The position numbers and the translations under genes were made by a program. Shown piece by piece: positions 1 to 13,000 of a stretch of 64,000 nt of DNA (its first letter is position 1; every line of letters begins with the position of its first letter). The stretch comes from Eukaryota sp. GEM-RC1. Lineage: Eukaryota. The notes below the pieces were generated by a model that was given only the letters and a program-made list of their open reading frames with translations, was not told the origin of the DNA and searched no databases. The stretch spans positions 2,232,001 to 2,296,000 of the forward strand of contig JAUFOQ010000016.1 in the NCBI GenBank assembly GCA_040285855.1. The letters are read 5' to 3'.

Positions 1-140
1 TTGAACAAACGCGGCATCAATAGGCAATATAATGTTGTTTGTCTACTGGAGGTTCTGGTTGGGGCGTGTCTTTCAAAACGATGCCTTTTGCTATCTCTTT
101 TGCCGTGTACATATTTGTAGAAGAAATTATTCTTTCATTG

Positions 141-182
141 TGTTACCACTAAGCTAATAGCGCTATTAGCTTAGTGGTAACA
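141..182. repeat. Perfect 42-bp palindrome
   Basis: TGTTACCACTAAGCTAATAGC followed directly by its exact reverse complement GCTATTAGCTTAGTGGTAACA. Confidence 0.95.
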
Positions 183-286
183 ATGTAGCTTATATATTCC
201 ACTGCATGGTCTTTGTTCATTTACTTCCTCGTAAGAAAGCAATGTATGTTCCAATATACAATGTATTCTCCCACAACGATTCTAAA

Positions 287-1454
287 CATAGCTGTCAAAT
301 ACAACCAACACGTGTTTGAAAAATACAAAAATACAAAAATACAAAAATACACACGAAAATACAAAAATACAAGTAATAAAAATTGATTTATTAAAAACAA
401 TGATCAAACTGAATTCCAATTTGTATTCTTCTTTTAAGTTCATTCCTTTTGCTATTTCAATTTTTGGTAATATTGGAATTGCTGCTGAAAATTTCTTTGG
501 TGCCTTTTCAAAGTTGTGTCGTGACCATAGGAAAAATTTTAATCAGTCTCTTTGGCGCAATCGCATTGTTTTTTCCTTATATAGAAGTTTCCGAAAGTAT
601 TTGAATCGTATTCTGGACAAATTGTATCGTTGTAGTTCAAGAGTAGATGTGGATCATTTAATATCTTTTAAGTACTAGTTGTTTGTATTTCGTTAATCTA
701 TAATATAAAACCTAATTATTGATTTATTAAAAACAATAACTATTTGTTGTTTGTTGCTCAAATTATTGGAATAAGCTAAGTAGGTTTGTGACTACAATAC
801 TCTTGAGTTAGAAAACTGATTCTTCACTTTCTAACAGATCTTCGTCTTCTCTCATCTTCATAATACGTGATCTATTTTTACGCCGTGGCTTTCCAGCTTC
901 AGAGGAGAAACAATTCATCATTAGATCACTGCTATATATTGGGAGGTCCCTTTGGGGTTGCTGACAGCAACCATACTAGTACTCCAAAGAGGATTCCCAC
1001 CCTTGATGTGACGTAAAGAATAGTTGACAGGAGGGTTTTACTAGGAGAGGGTTGTATCATAATTGTTGAGAGAAGTAATTTACCAACTGTGAAAGCACCA
1101 ACAATAATTAGTGTTGGTGCTTTCACCAATGGAATGAGGAAAAGCTTGTTTATTGATCTATACAAGAAAGAAGAACTACTGCCACGTCACTATTCACTAA
1201 CACTGTATTAGCAGTAGCAGAGATGTTACCGCAACAACTAGAATCAAATTTATAAACCAATGCCGTTAGTTGATTGATCTACACATACTAACCATGGCAT
1301 TCAACGGTTTAGATAGTACAATCAGAGAAATGTTGAAATCGAAATCTAGCGAAATTCGTTCAAAAAATACAAAAATACAAAAAAATACACTTTTGAGACA
1401 CAGTTGTATTTTACAAAAATACAAAAATACACAAAAGTGTATTTTTCAGCTATG
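287..1454. mobile_element. Non-autonomous DNA transposon (MITE) with CATAGCTG termini and 8-bp TSD (P- or hAT-like)
   Basis: Left end CATAGCTGTCAAATACA at 287, right end TGTATTTTTCAGCTATG ending at 1454. ATTCTAAA at 279-286 and 1455-1462. AAAATACA subterminal repeats at both ends. A second left end occurs at 50069. Confidence 0.8.
402..717 (+). mobile_element. 5'-truncated CRE-clade non-LTR retrotransposon copy (RLE C-terminal tail plus 3' UTR), nested in the MITE
   Basis: Nearly identical to ~55545-55850 (IKLNSNLYSSFKFIPFAISIFGNIG...LWRNRIVFSLYR). Flanked by the direct repeat ATTGATTTATTAAAAACAAT at 382-401 and 718-737. Confidence 0.85.
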
Positions 1455-1519
1455 ATTCTAAACAACACTGGTGTACCAACTTTTACACTAACAATAACTA
1501 ACAATATATTGCAATATAT

Positions 1520-1897
1520 AGAGAGAGAGATGTTTATTCGGCACCCAATAAGGTAACCTTTCTACAAACTATGAAATTGTAAAAACAAACAAATAATACT
1601 AAGATTAAATCCAAACGACTTCATCACCACCCGGTAAAAGATTACGTTTATCTACATGAACCTTCACACCAAACTTGTACAATTTCTCAATTAATCTAGA
1701 GAAATAGAAAGGCATATTCCGATATATGGAAAACACTATACGGTTTTTCCATTCAGCCATTCTAAACTTACGCTTCTTTTCTTTACACAATTCTTCGAAA
1801 TCCTTGAAAAATTGATCACCAGCAGGACTAATAGATCCAAAAGAGAAACAGCAAAAGGTTGAAACACAAATTTGGAATATGAGTTTCTATTTAATTC
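1520..1897 (-). mobile_element. 5'-truncated CRE-like retrotransposon, second subfamily
   Basis: Minus strand reads NSYSKFVFQPFAVSL/GSISPAGDQFFKDFEELC...WKNRIVFSIYR, homologous to the 55300-55803 ORF tail. The 3' end has AATAAA then (TC)n. Direct repeat TTGCAATATAT at 1509-1519 and 1898-1908. Confidence 0.75.
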
Positions 1898-2242
1898 TTG
1901 CAATATATTGTTATTGTGTATGTACGGTAATGTACCAACAATACCATATTGTTATTGTAACAATATCAATATATTGCAATATCAATAAATTTTTTCCAAT
2001 CCCTGAGATGATCCTCAGTGGAGTCTCGAGGGACCTTTTTATGTCAGGACTTGTGTAAAAATAGCTTTTTGTTTTATGTAGGATGTATAGAAACATCCAC
2101 TTTTTTGAGTTATCAGCTCCAATGTAGAATATTAAATAAATTCTACGAAAATAAAAAAACGAAACATAGTGACTACACATTATATGTAACACAATAATAT
2201 TAACAAAACGACAAACTAAACAATTAAATGATGAAGAACATA

Positions 2243-3536
2243 TCATGAAGAACGTGAATAATATTCTCCAAAGTACAAAACAGTAATTAGCGGCTGTCCA
2301 ATAATTAAATTAAGCCAACAAAGAACGTTGCCCAACAAAGGCATTTTACCCCCAATAGATTTACTTAAGGGAATACAAAGACATTGCATGACCATTGCAA
2401 TGAAAAAATAAGGACGAATTACTTTAAAAGAAAAAGCCATGATTAGCTCATGAAAGACCGCTGAACAGAAAAAAGTCAGGAGAGATGCATTTAACTTCTT
2501 TAATTTAAAATAATTCCGTCCTTCATCATACACGTGTTTTTTGAGCCAGCGGTGTGTAAGCGTGTTCCAATCCCGCCAAAAGTCTTCCAAGGTCGTTGAA
2601 TTCCACCAACTTCCGTAGAATCCATCAGACTTAAACCTTAGCACTTCGGCGCAAATACCTAGACCACAATGAAAGATGGCGAAGAACCCAAGTAACCAAA
2701 CAAGATTTGCTGGTATAAGAAGTTGTATTACTGAGGAGAGTATAGTGGAAATCGAGGGGTTGGTAAGATCAGAACGATCTAAGACTGGGAGAAAGAACTG
2801 AACAAGAATGAAGTAAGCAGCAAAGCAAGAGCTCCACAGTAGTAAAGAGAGAAAGAGGAGGGACGAGATGGAGCGATCTTCTTTTAGTTCAAAGGCTGGC
2901 TGATAGACAAAGGTTGGGGCAATGAGGAAGAAAGAGAAGTTTTTGAGAGACACGTTTCCAGGAAAGTTTGTGTTGTCTATGGGTTCTGACCAGAGACCTT
3001 CGTTAAATGATAGCTCTGGGTAGGGATAGTCAATTCTACCCTTGTTGTAGAGACAGAGGAGGCGACATCCACGGATAAAGGAGAAACACTTCATGAAAAG
3101 AGCTAGAATGAAGACTAGGGAAAGGCCGATTACAAGGGGAGAGCTGTGTTTGCTTGTGAGAACGATTCCAGGTATGAGAGCTAGGCCAGAGAGAGAAGAG
3201 AAAACAAGGAACCGAAAGAGGATTGGGTTTAGGATACCAGAGTGTGCTTTAAAATACTGGATGAAGAAGATGGTGTAGGTTAGAGATAAACCAATCACAT
3301 AGACTCTGAGAAATAGGAAGAGACTTTGAAACATGTAGGAGATCATCATATGGTTGAAGAGTGTACCGGTATCTATCCAGGATGTATAAGCAAGGAGAAT
3401 AAAAGCAACAGACAGTAGTAGACCTCCCAAAACAATGAAGCCTTGATATCCAACGAGAGGGGGAGTGAAGTGTATGGGTGACTGTTTCAGTAACAGCAAG
3501 TCTTACTTGTCTGACATTAAGGGGAGATTTGGTCAT
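2243..3536 (-). CDS. DGAT1: MBOAT O-acyltransferase, DGAT1/sterol O-acyltransferase family; exon 1 3536-3507, 25-nt intron 3506-3482, exon 2 3481-2243
   Basis: Motifs APTFVYQP, FYGSWWNSTTLEDFWRDWN and SAVFHE (catalytic His), with many TM segments. Removing GTAAGA...CTGAAACAG joins MTKSPLNVRQ in frame to SPIHF...YQGFIVL. DGAT1 versus ACAT is not resolved. Confidence 0.85.
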
Positions 3537-4032
3537 CGTGTGAAATCCTATTCGGAAAGAAATTTGTAAGCCCTCTACCGGGATTTCTGCTGTTGCGGAG
3601 AGACGAAAATGGATGACTGTGATTCAGTTGCACACTCATCAAAGAGAAGGCAGTGGGAGCCCGGGTCTGCTTGATAACAATCGGTGTTGGACAATCAATT
3701 GACATTTGTTGTCTGTCTAATTGATAAAACACTTGTCCCAATTGGTCCAAGAGGTCAGACTTCTTGATCAATTTATTGTCAACTTACAAACAACAAAAGA
3801 ACTACACGTAGGTCGTTTGGTAAGCTTTATCGGAGTTGAAGTTTTTCATTTGAATAAAATAGTCCGGGAATTGTGCAGTTCGAGTCACAATAAGGGCGGT
3901 AAGTTTTCTACACATGAATTGCCTCGATTCTTTGGTTTCGAATCCACTATATACACACACATCTATCATTTGTTCTCTATGACTAATAGTATATCTATCG
4001 CAATTCAGTGTAAGTACATTGACAAGTCTCAT
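3517..4032 (-). CDS. Possible small hypothetical gene with a 25-nt intron (3787-3763) and one indel
   Basis: ORFs 3802-4032 and 3517-3771 are bridged by GTAAGT...TTGATCAAG (25 nt). An extra A near 3826 is still needed. No family recognised. Confidence 0.3.
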
Positions 4033-4084
4033 TCAACATCAATTGAAAAGCCATTTTATTGGCAATAAATACAATACTTACAAA

Positions 4085-7000
4085 TCATAGATTCACAGTT
4101 AAACGAATCAAACAAAAAATACACAACGCAATACAGAAATACCTATCAAATTTCTTGGATATGAGTGCAACAAACAGAAGAAACATGGAGGAGGAAATAT
4201 AAAATATTTTGAAAGGGAAAAAAACTTCACTGAAAAACAACACACAAGAACCAAAAAACCACATGAAAAGAAGGATCTGGTATAGGCGAGGTATAATAAC
4301 AAGCAGGTAAATAGAATCATGCAAAAAACAAATGAAGTAGTAAAAGAAGTATGGATCAAATAATATACAACATTTGGGAGAACAAGTAGAAAAACAAAAA
4401 CATCAATTAATCCAGGAGAAATCATTTTTTCAAAACCTGAACGGAATTACCAGTGTTAAACTGAATCAAAATACAATGTACAACGACACTGATCAATTTC
4501 AAAAGAGAAGCCACAAAAGAATTGATAAAAAACATCCAAATGAACAAAAGAAAAGAAAGAAGTTGCCAAAAGACTGAGAAACCCGGATATTGAATGTGGA
4601 TGAAATACAAGAGAAGTTGGAAACACTAATAAAATATTAAGTTTTGGTTTTTGAGTAACTTTCGTTTCAATGATGCATGTATAGAAAACTCTTTCTTATC
4701 TAACAATTGTGTCGCTAAGAAATTACCATGACTAAGACGAGCATAATACAAGTTAAAACATACACAAACACTGACAGATACAACAACAATCAAAATTGAT
4801 TCCCATGTGAAACCAGTATTAATACAACGACCGCCTACAAAGATATAATCTTGCGAGCAATCAAGACAATGTTCACCAAGGTGACCATCAATACAAGAAT
4901 TATTTCGACACAAATATTTAAAATAACACTGAGAATATTCAAAAGGAGTAGAAAAAAGGAAGCCATCCGAATAAGATTTAACTTGTCCAAAATCACAGTA
5001 AACAAAAGAAGGACAATCGAAACACGATTGACCATCAATGTCAAGAGAATTCTTTGGACAAACACAATCAACCAAACTGGAAGCTCCCTTGATTAAAGTG
5101 ACACGTGGATGAGGGCAATTACGACAAACTTGAGGGGCAGAAATATCAGAAAAAGAATTTAAAAAACAAAGTTCACAATTACCAGATGATTGGGATAATT
5201 GATATCCCAAGTCACAAACACACCTTCCATTACTGAAAACTTTTGGAAATTGACAATCTAAAGCAATAGGAGACATAAACACAGTGGATGATTCATAAGA
5301 AAATAGTAATTGAATCTCAATTAAAGGAGGAGAAATTATACCAAATGAGTTAGATCCAATATGGAGAATGGTAAAGTCAGAGAGAATTGTTAGTGACGAT
5401 AGTGACACATTTGCTGAATAGAACGATGTGTCAAAGTAAATGTTATATTCAGCGTTGAGTTTAAAAATTGTACATGTTAATTCATCAAAATTGTTTTCAT
5501 CACATGGAGATGAACCTAAAAGAGTTACAAACAGTTCTTGTCTCACGGCTTGAACTAACGTAAAACTCATAGAAGAAACAAAAACGTCAAAGTTGAAGAA
5601 AGTTTCATATACAAATAAATGATTTCCCAATGTATATGACGGGGAAATGTAAATGGAACAAGAAGTTTGAGTACAATTGGAAAATTTGATATCAAGTGTT
5701 GAATAGATCACATGAAATTTTAAATTTTGGCAGGACACAACGAAACCAAATTCATCACGACAAGTTACAGCAATACTATCGTCATTTGAGAAAATAATTG
5801 GAGAAATTAATTCAAAAAACTGTGGAAGATTAGGTTCATATTTTAAAGCATGTGAAACAGATGAAGTGTAGCAATCGGAAGCTTCAATTACAGTGTCAAA
5901 TGTAACTAGATTGGTGATTTCTGTAACACGATCTGAACTTTCTATCAAAAATTGAGAAATGTTGTTGAAATGGTGTCCATTGAAATGAATAAGTGAAGTA
6001 ATATCAACAAAAAAAGCCAGCAGAGGAAAGACCTAAAGAAGGTGCAATTGGATGAAGACATCTTGTAGGATCATATCCATAAACTTCAATTTCAAATATT
6101 GTTAGATTTTCTAAAACAACTAGAGAAATAACATCAGAAATAAAGAGGAAATCAAACGTGAGCAAACATCTAGAAGCAAGTTCAAAACCATTAGAGATGG
6201 AGAAACACTCCCATGTGACGTCATCAAAATTTAAAATTTCTATTGGTGGATCTCTACGAGTGCTTGCCTCACAATCAGCACGGGAAGTGATTGAAAAAGT
6301 GATGAAATGAAACTGTTGAGGAAATGAAATCGTAATATTTGAATAATGTTTTACAGTAACTGAACATTGCAGGATAGACCCTTGACAGCAACGGAAACCA
6401 TTCGAGACACTAGACCAATCACCTTCATAGGAATCAATCAAAAAGATTGGGATGACAGTGGAAGAGCAAGATCTGATGGAATCACGTAGCACTCGTGAGA
6501 AAAAAGACCTTCAACAGAAGCTAAATAAGAGTCAATTAGTTTAGAAGTATAAGAGACAATTGAAACATTTGCAGATGGAGAAATAATGGAAGTGAAGGCA
6601 CCAATGCAAATGATTTCAGTTGAAGAGATTATTTCAATGGGAAAGATCACGTCATCAATTCTACAAAAGAAGTTAAACTGATCAGTCATTGTATCAACAA
6701 TTACTGACAAGTCTCTTGGCGATGAAATAGAAACAAATTCAGTAATTATAGTAATTGAAAGTTTAAAAACTGAAACAGATTCAATAAAAAGGGTGAAAAG
6801 CTGGAAAAACGCCAGGTTAGATTCACCATCGTGAAACCAGTAGTGAAAGTATCGGGAAGAAAACACGTAACTAAAACGTTATCTGAGAGATCATGGACAA
6901 CGAAATTTAAAATTTTGTCGTCGAGGTAGAAAGACCCATTTTGACATAATTTGAAATAAACACAGAAAGAGTGGCACCATTATAGTAAACTATACTCAAA

Positions 7001-10000
7001 TTTAAAGGATTTAAGTGGAAAACTGGAAAAGGAATCACTTCTAATGGGACTAATAGTTCTGACACGTGGCGGTCCTCAGTGATTGACAACAAAACGTGAC
7101 CAATTCCTGAAACTGAGAAACGGACAACAATTGAGAGATACGATTCACTGAATACTTCAGAAATTTGACATTCAGAATTCTTAACACAAGAAACATCATA
7201 GCTCCAACCTTCATTAATAGGGACATGAAGCTGGACAAACGTGTCTAAACCATTGAGTAATTGACTGTAATTACCTGAGAAAGAAAAATCTTGACACAAT
7301 AGTTCAATTTCTCTATAATTCTGATCCGCTGATACAATAACTGAAGGTGGACAGTTATTCAAATCGAGCAAATTCAACTCATTATATCCCAAATAAAGAT
7401 TAAACTGCAAGTCATTTAAAAAAATGGTGACGACATCCATGGAATCATAAAAGAAAACTAACTTAGAAGAGACAAAGATCGTTGGAAAAACCAGAGCATC
7501 AATTATTTCAATTTTTAATTCTGTGGTTGACATTGAAATTCCAGAAAATGTAGTAATGGAATATTCTCCGATACCTACAGCAGACAAGTGAAGTCTCAAA
7601 TGTTCTTCATCTAAAACATCAAAACGGATTTGAAAATCACTAATGGATATATAGTCACTCCAATCAACGTGATACCTTCCTAGATTGATTGTTTGAAGGT
7701 CAAATGAAAAAACTGACTCAACTCCAAAATAAACGAAATGAGAAGATGAAATATCTAAGAGCTGTACCACTGGTGGCAACTCTGAAACAGGAAAGCAAAT
7801 ATCATACTTACACAAATAAATGATAGGTTCAATGGCAGTCGGTGTAAACGTCAACAAAGTACTATTGAATTTAGTGGTATAATCAACAATGTCAGCTCTA
7901 ATACCTTGTGGGGCCAGCGTTGATAGATCAATTGTAGGATCTGGAAACAAAAACACGTGTTTGACAAGTTGTTCCTATAAAACAAACTCCAGAGTCCATT
8001 GAACTGGTAATAGTGGCAATAATGATTTGAAAATGAGTAATTAACGTTGGGGTTAACTGCAAGGTACAAGAATATTCACTCAAACTGGAATTATAATTTG
8101 AAATTTCAGCAGATATTCTATTCACATCACGCGAACTGGATCCATAAATTAAGGAAACCCCGTCACAAGTTAAGTTTGAATAAGGTAAACACGATGAAAC
8201 CAACAACTGGCCCAACCGAGGACTATAAATGGAAAACGGTCCTCCTTGAATTGGTAGAACTTCTGGAAAGACATGAATAGAAGGAGCGTGTAAGTTAATT
8301 GAAATAGAATTGCTAGGTTGACCAGCTACCAACAAATACAAACTAATAGACTGTACGTCTGTAACACAGATTGATTTAATATGTACGATTATTAATCGAT
8401 GATAAGCGCTTAAAATTTCATACTCTACATCGGTTACGTTTTCGAATTGAAGCACAATGAATTCTGGGATTCCCAAGTTTTGTCCAATAATTGAAAAATC
8501 CCCGGTAAATGATAAACTATTAGGGGCAAAATCAGTTATTGTTGGTATTCCATAACAAAATGTAGACGTGTACAACGGCCTACGTTCAGGAAGGAAGTGT
8601 ATATCATGACAACCAGCACCAGACAAGACAAAAAATGACAAAGAGAAGTGGGAATGTTCTGTGGATACAGTTGCTATTCCAAGAGACGGAATTTGAACTA
8701 AAATGGAAAAGACTTAGAACCAAAGTTTTCACCAATTACGTGTAGGTCAGATCCAAAGGTGGATGGGGCCGACAAGTGAGTAACATTGAAAGGACAAATG
8801 GGAATAGTCTGGTTAATTAATGTAAACTGATTATTAACGGTAAAGCTAAAGAGAATGTCATTGAACTGAAGGTCCACACCAGAATTGTCAGAAAAGAATA
8901 CCTCAAAAGATGAAGAATGAATACTGTAGCTGGATTCAGATGATCCCTGAAAATCGAAATATTCAAAATTGTTGATGAATTGAACATGGTCAAAGAGAAC
9001 CGATACTTGACACTCAAAAGTAGAACAACAAAAGGAGTTTTCGGAAGTGAATACATCAAATACGTAAATATTTAAAAAAATATAAGGATCATTACCCAGA
9101 AAGTCAGAATCGACTCTGTTTGTTAAGTTTTCAACAACAGAAAGAGAACCAGAATTGAGATTGATTTGAGAATACGAAGTCTGTAGAACTCTAATCACAA
9201 AGAATGGATAACAATTAGTGATATTAAATTCTGATGAAATTAACAATAGATTAAAGATCTCCACTTGTCCATCAATTGAGTCTAAATGGATTTTCGAATA
9301 TTTCAGTTCAACAAAGGGAATAAACAAATCATGATTAATATGTTGAAGATAGAGTTGGGAATTGTCGAGAACAATAGAATTAATTGAATTAGGAACGTGC
9401 AACAAGTATACTTTAGAAGATCTTAAATCAAGATTAGTAAAATTAAACAATGAACTCGGATCAAAGACAACAGTGCCACTATTCAACAACAACGTGGACT
9501 CCTCGGACCATTTACCTTGAACCAGCAGAGTACCAAAGATCAGAAGATGCTTAGAAGAAGATAATGAGGAAGAGTAAGAAAAGGTACTGTGAGAGAAAAC
9601 GAAAAGATACGTCACGTCATGAAAACTGATTGAGCCATGGAAGATGAAAGGAACTGATATGGAAGAATTGGATTGAATCAATACGTCATCCATAACAATT
9701 ACTTGACTGGAATAGGGCAAGTCATGATCAATAACACTGGTAGAAAGACGATCAATTAAATCAAAATGACAATCAGAAATGGTGATATCGTTATGGAATA
9801 TAATTTCCCCAAGATCTACAGAGAAACGTGACGTAGTAAGTTTCATGGTGGATAATAGTATTAGTCTGGAAGAGGAAACGGAGAAATGTAAATTGGTGAA
9901 TGACAAAGGGGGTTGGAATATTAAATCATGATTATTTAAAATGGAAACAATATTCAAAACATCATTTTCACATAACATCGACCAATACAATTAGTAAAAG

Positions 10001-13000
10001 CATCACCACTAAATTCAGAGTCAGAAATGGAAAGCCAATCAGTAGAAATATTTCCAGATCCCAGTCGTTTTGAATCAATCAAAGTTAGATTATTGAAGAA
10101 TATTTCAGAAGAATGTGACGTTAAAGTAGAGCCATGTAGAACAAACACATCCAAAACTGTACTATCCGAAGAGTCTTTTAGATTCAAATCAAGATGACAA
10201 TTAGTAGCAGTGAAATTTAAAACATTTAACGACAATGTATCTGTAAACGATACTGAACTTCCACCAGAAGAATTATGAACAAGAATTTCTGAAAAGAGAA
10301 GTGTCCTCCAGTAAGTGATAAATCACCATCAATAAGAGTAACTGATGGAATTTCAATCGGAACAACATTATTCAAATAATTGAACTCAATTACTCCAGAA
10401 TCTACTTCAAAAAAAGTTTCAAGCTTAAATTCAGTATCCGAGATGTTCAGAAATGCCGAATTAGAGACATACACGATTGGTGTATCAATTATGGATTTTT
10501 CTACAAATTTAAATTCACCCTTGGAATGATTAAAGTATTCAACTCCAATAAAACTTCCCTTAATGGTTACAACAGGGTCAGAGTGTAACAATTCCAAATT
10601 ATTAGGATGTAATAGAAAAGTGGAATCCTCGTAGAAGACGTAGGAATCACCAGAAAAGTTAGCGTGTCCAAATTCTAAAATTGATAAATTACCAATAAAA
10701 TCATGAGAAACAGGAAGAATCAATTGACCATCAACAACAGAGAGAAAACCTGTTAGATCTAGATAATTTTCGACTTCAAGTGATCCTCCATTGATAATTT
10801 CAGTAGTGCCAGAAATTTGAAAATTTGAAGTTGAATGGTCCGAAACCAGAATAAAACCACTAATATCAAGATGACCAGAAATTTCTAGATTTGAAGACTC
10901 CAACTCAAAAATAAGTGTCGTAAAATCAGTAATGAAATAGGAAACGCCAGCAAGGATTAAATCATGATTGTTTGTAATGGAAATAATATTCAAAACATCA
11001 CTTTTCAAATAACATCGACCTATACAATTAGTAAAAGCATCACCACTAAATTCAGAGTCAGAAATGGAAAGCCAATCAGCAGAAATATTTCCAGATCCCA
11101 GTCGTTTTGAATCAATCAAAGTTAGATTATTGAAGGATATTTCAGAAGAATGTGACGTTAAAGTAGAGCCATGTAGAACAAACACATCCAAAAACGTACT
11201 ATCCGAAGAGTCTTTTAGATTCAAATCAAGATGACAATTAGTAGCAGTGAAATTTAAAACAGTTAACGACAATGTATCTGTAAACCATACTGAACTTCCA
11301 CCAGAAGAATTATGAACAAGGATTTCTGAGAAAGAGAAAGGTCCTCCAAGAAGATATAATTCACCATCAAGAAGAATAACTGATGGAATTTCAACTGGAC
11401 CAAGATAATTCAAATAATTGAACTCAATTACACCAGAATCTACTTCAAAATAAGTTTCAAGCTTAAATTCAGTATCCGAGATGTTCAGAAATGCCGAATT
11501 AGAGACATAAACGATTGGTGTATCAAATATTGAATTTTCTACAAATTTAAATTCACCCTTGGAATGATTAAAGTATTCAACTCCAATAAAACTTCCCTTA
11601 AAAGTTACAACAGGGTCAGAGTGTAACAATTCAAAATTATTAGGATGTAATAGAAAAGTTGAATCCTCATAAAAGACATAGGAATCACCAGAAAAGTTAG
11701 CGTGTCCAGATTCCAAAATTGATAAATTACCAGTAAAATCATGAGAATTAGGAAGAATCAATTGACCATCTACAACAGAGAGAAAACCAGTTAGATCTAG
11801 ATAATTTTCGACTTCCAGTGATCCTCCATTGATGATTTGAGTAGTTCCAGATATTTCAAAATTTGAAGTTGATTCGTCCGAAACCAGAATAGAACCACTA
11901 ATATCAAGATAACCAGAAATTTCTAGACTTGAAGACTCCAACTCAAAAATAAGTGTCACAAAATCAGTAGTGAAATAGGAAACGCCAGCAAGGATTAAAT
12001 CATGATTGTTTGTAATGGAAATAATATTTGAAACATCATTTTTCACATAACATCGACCTATACAATTAGTAAAAGCATCACCACTAAATTCAGAGTCAGA
12101 AATGGACAGCCAACCAGTAGAAATATTTCCAGATCCCAGTCGTTTTGAATCAATCAAAGTTAAATTATGGAAGAATATTTCAGAAGAATGTGACGTTAAA
12201 GTAGAACCATGTAAAACAAACACATCCAAAACTGTACTATCCGAAGAGTCTTTTAGATTTAAATCAAGATGACAATTAGTAGCAGTGAAATTTAAAACAT
12301 TTAACGACAATGTATCTGTAAACGATACTGAACTTCCACCAGAAGAATTATGAACAAGGATTTCTGAAAAGAGAAAGGTCCTCCAAGAAGAAATAATTCA
12401 CCATCAAGAAGAGTAACTGATGGAATTTCCACTGGACCAAGATAATACAAATAATTGAACTCAATTACTCCAGAATCGACTTCAAAAAAAGTTTCAAGTT
12501 TAAATTCAGTATCCGAGATGTTCAGAAATGCCGAATTAGAGACATACACGATTGGTGTATCAATTATGGATTTTTCTACAAATTTAAATTCCCCCTTGGA
12601 ATGATTAAAGTATTCAACTCCAATAAAACTTCCCTTAAAAGTTACAACAGGGTCAGAGTGTAACAATTTCAAATTATTAGGATGCAATAGAAAAGTTGAA
12701 TCCTCGTAAAAGACGTAGGAATCACCAGAAAAGTTAGCGTGTCCAAATTCTAAAATTGATAAATTACCAATAAAATCATGAGAAACAGGAAGAATCAATT
12801 GACCATCAACAACAGAGAGAAAACCTGTTAGATCTAGATAATTTTCGACTTCAAGTGATCCTCCATTGATAATTTCAGTAGTGCCAGAAATTTGAAAATT
12901 TGAAGTTGAATGGTCCGAAACCAGAATAAAACCACTAATATCAAGATGACCAGAAATTTCTAGATTTGAAGACTCCAACTCAAAAATAAGTGTCGTAAAA

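Noticed and set aside
316..400. MKNTKIQKYKNT-type ORF starts (also 1270-1455)
   Set aside because: Translations of the AAAATACA subterminal repeats of the MITE.
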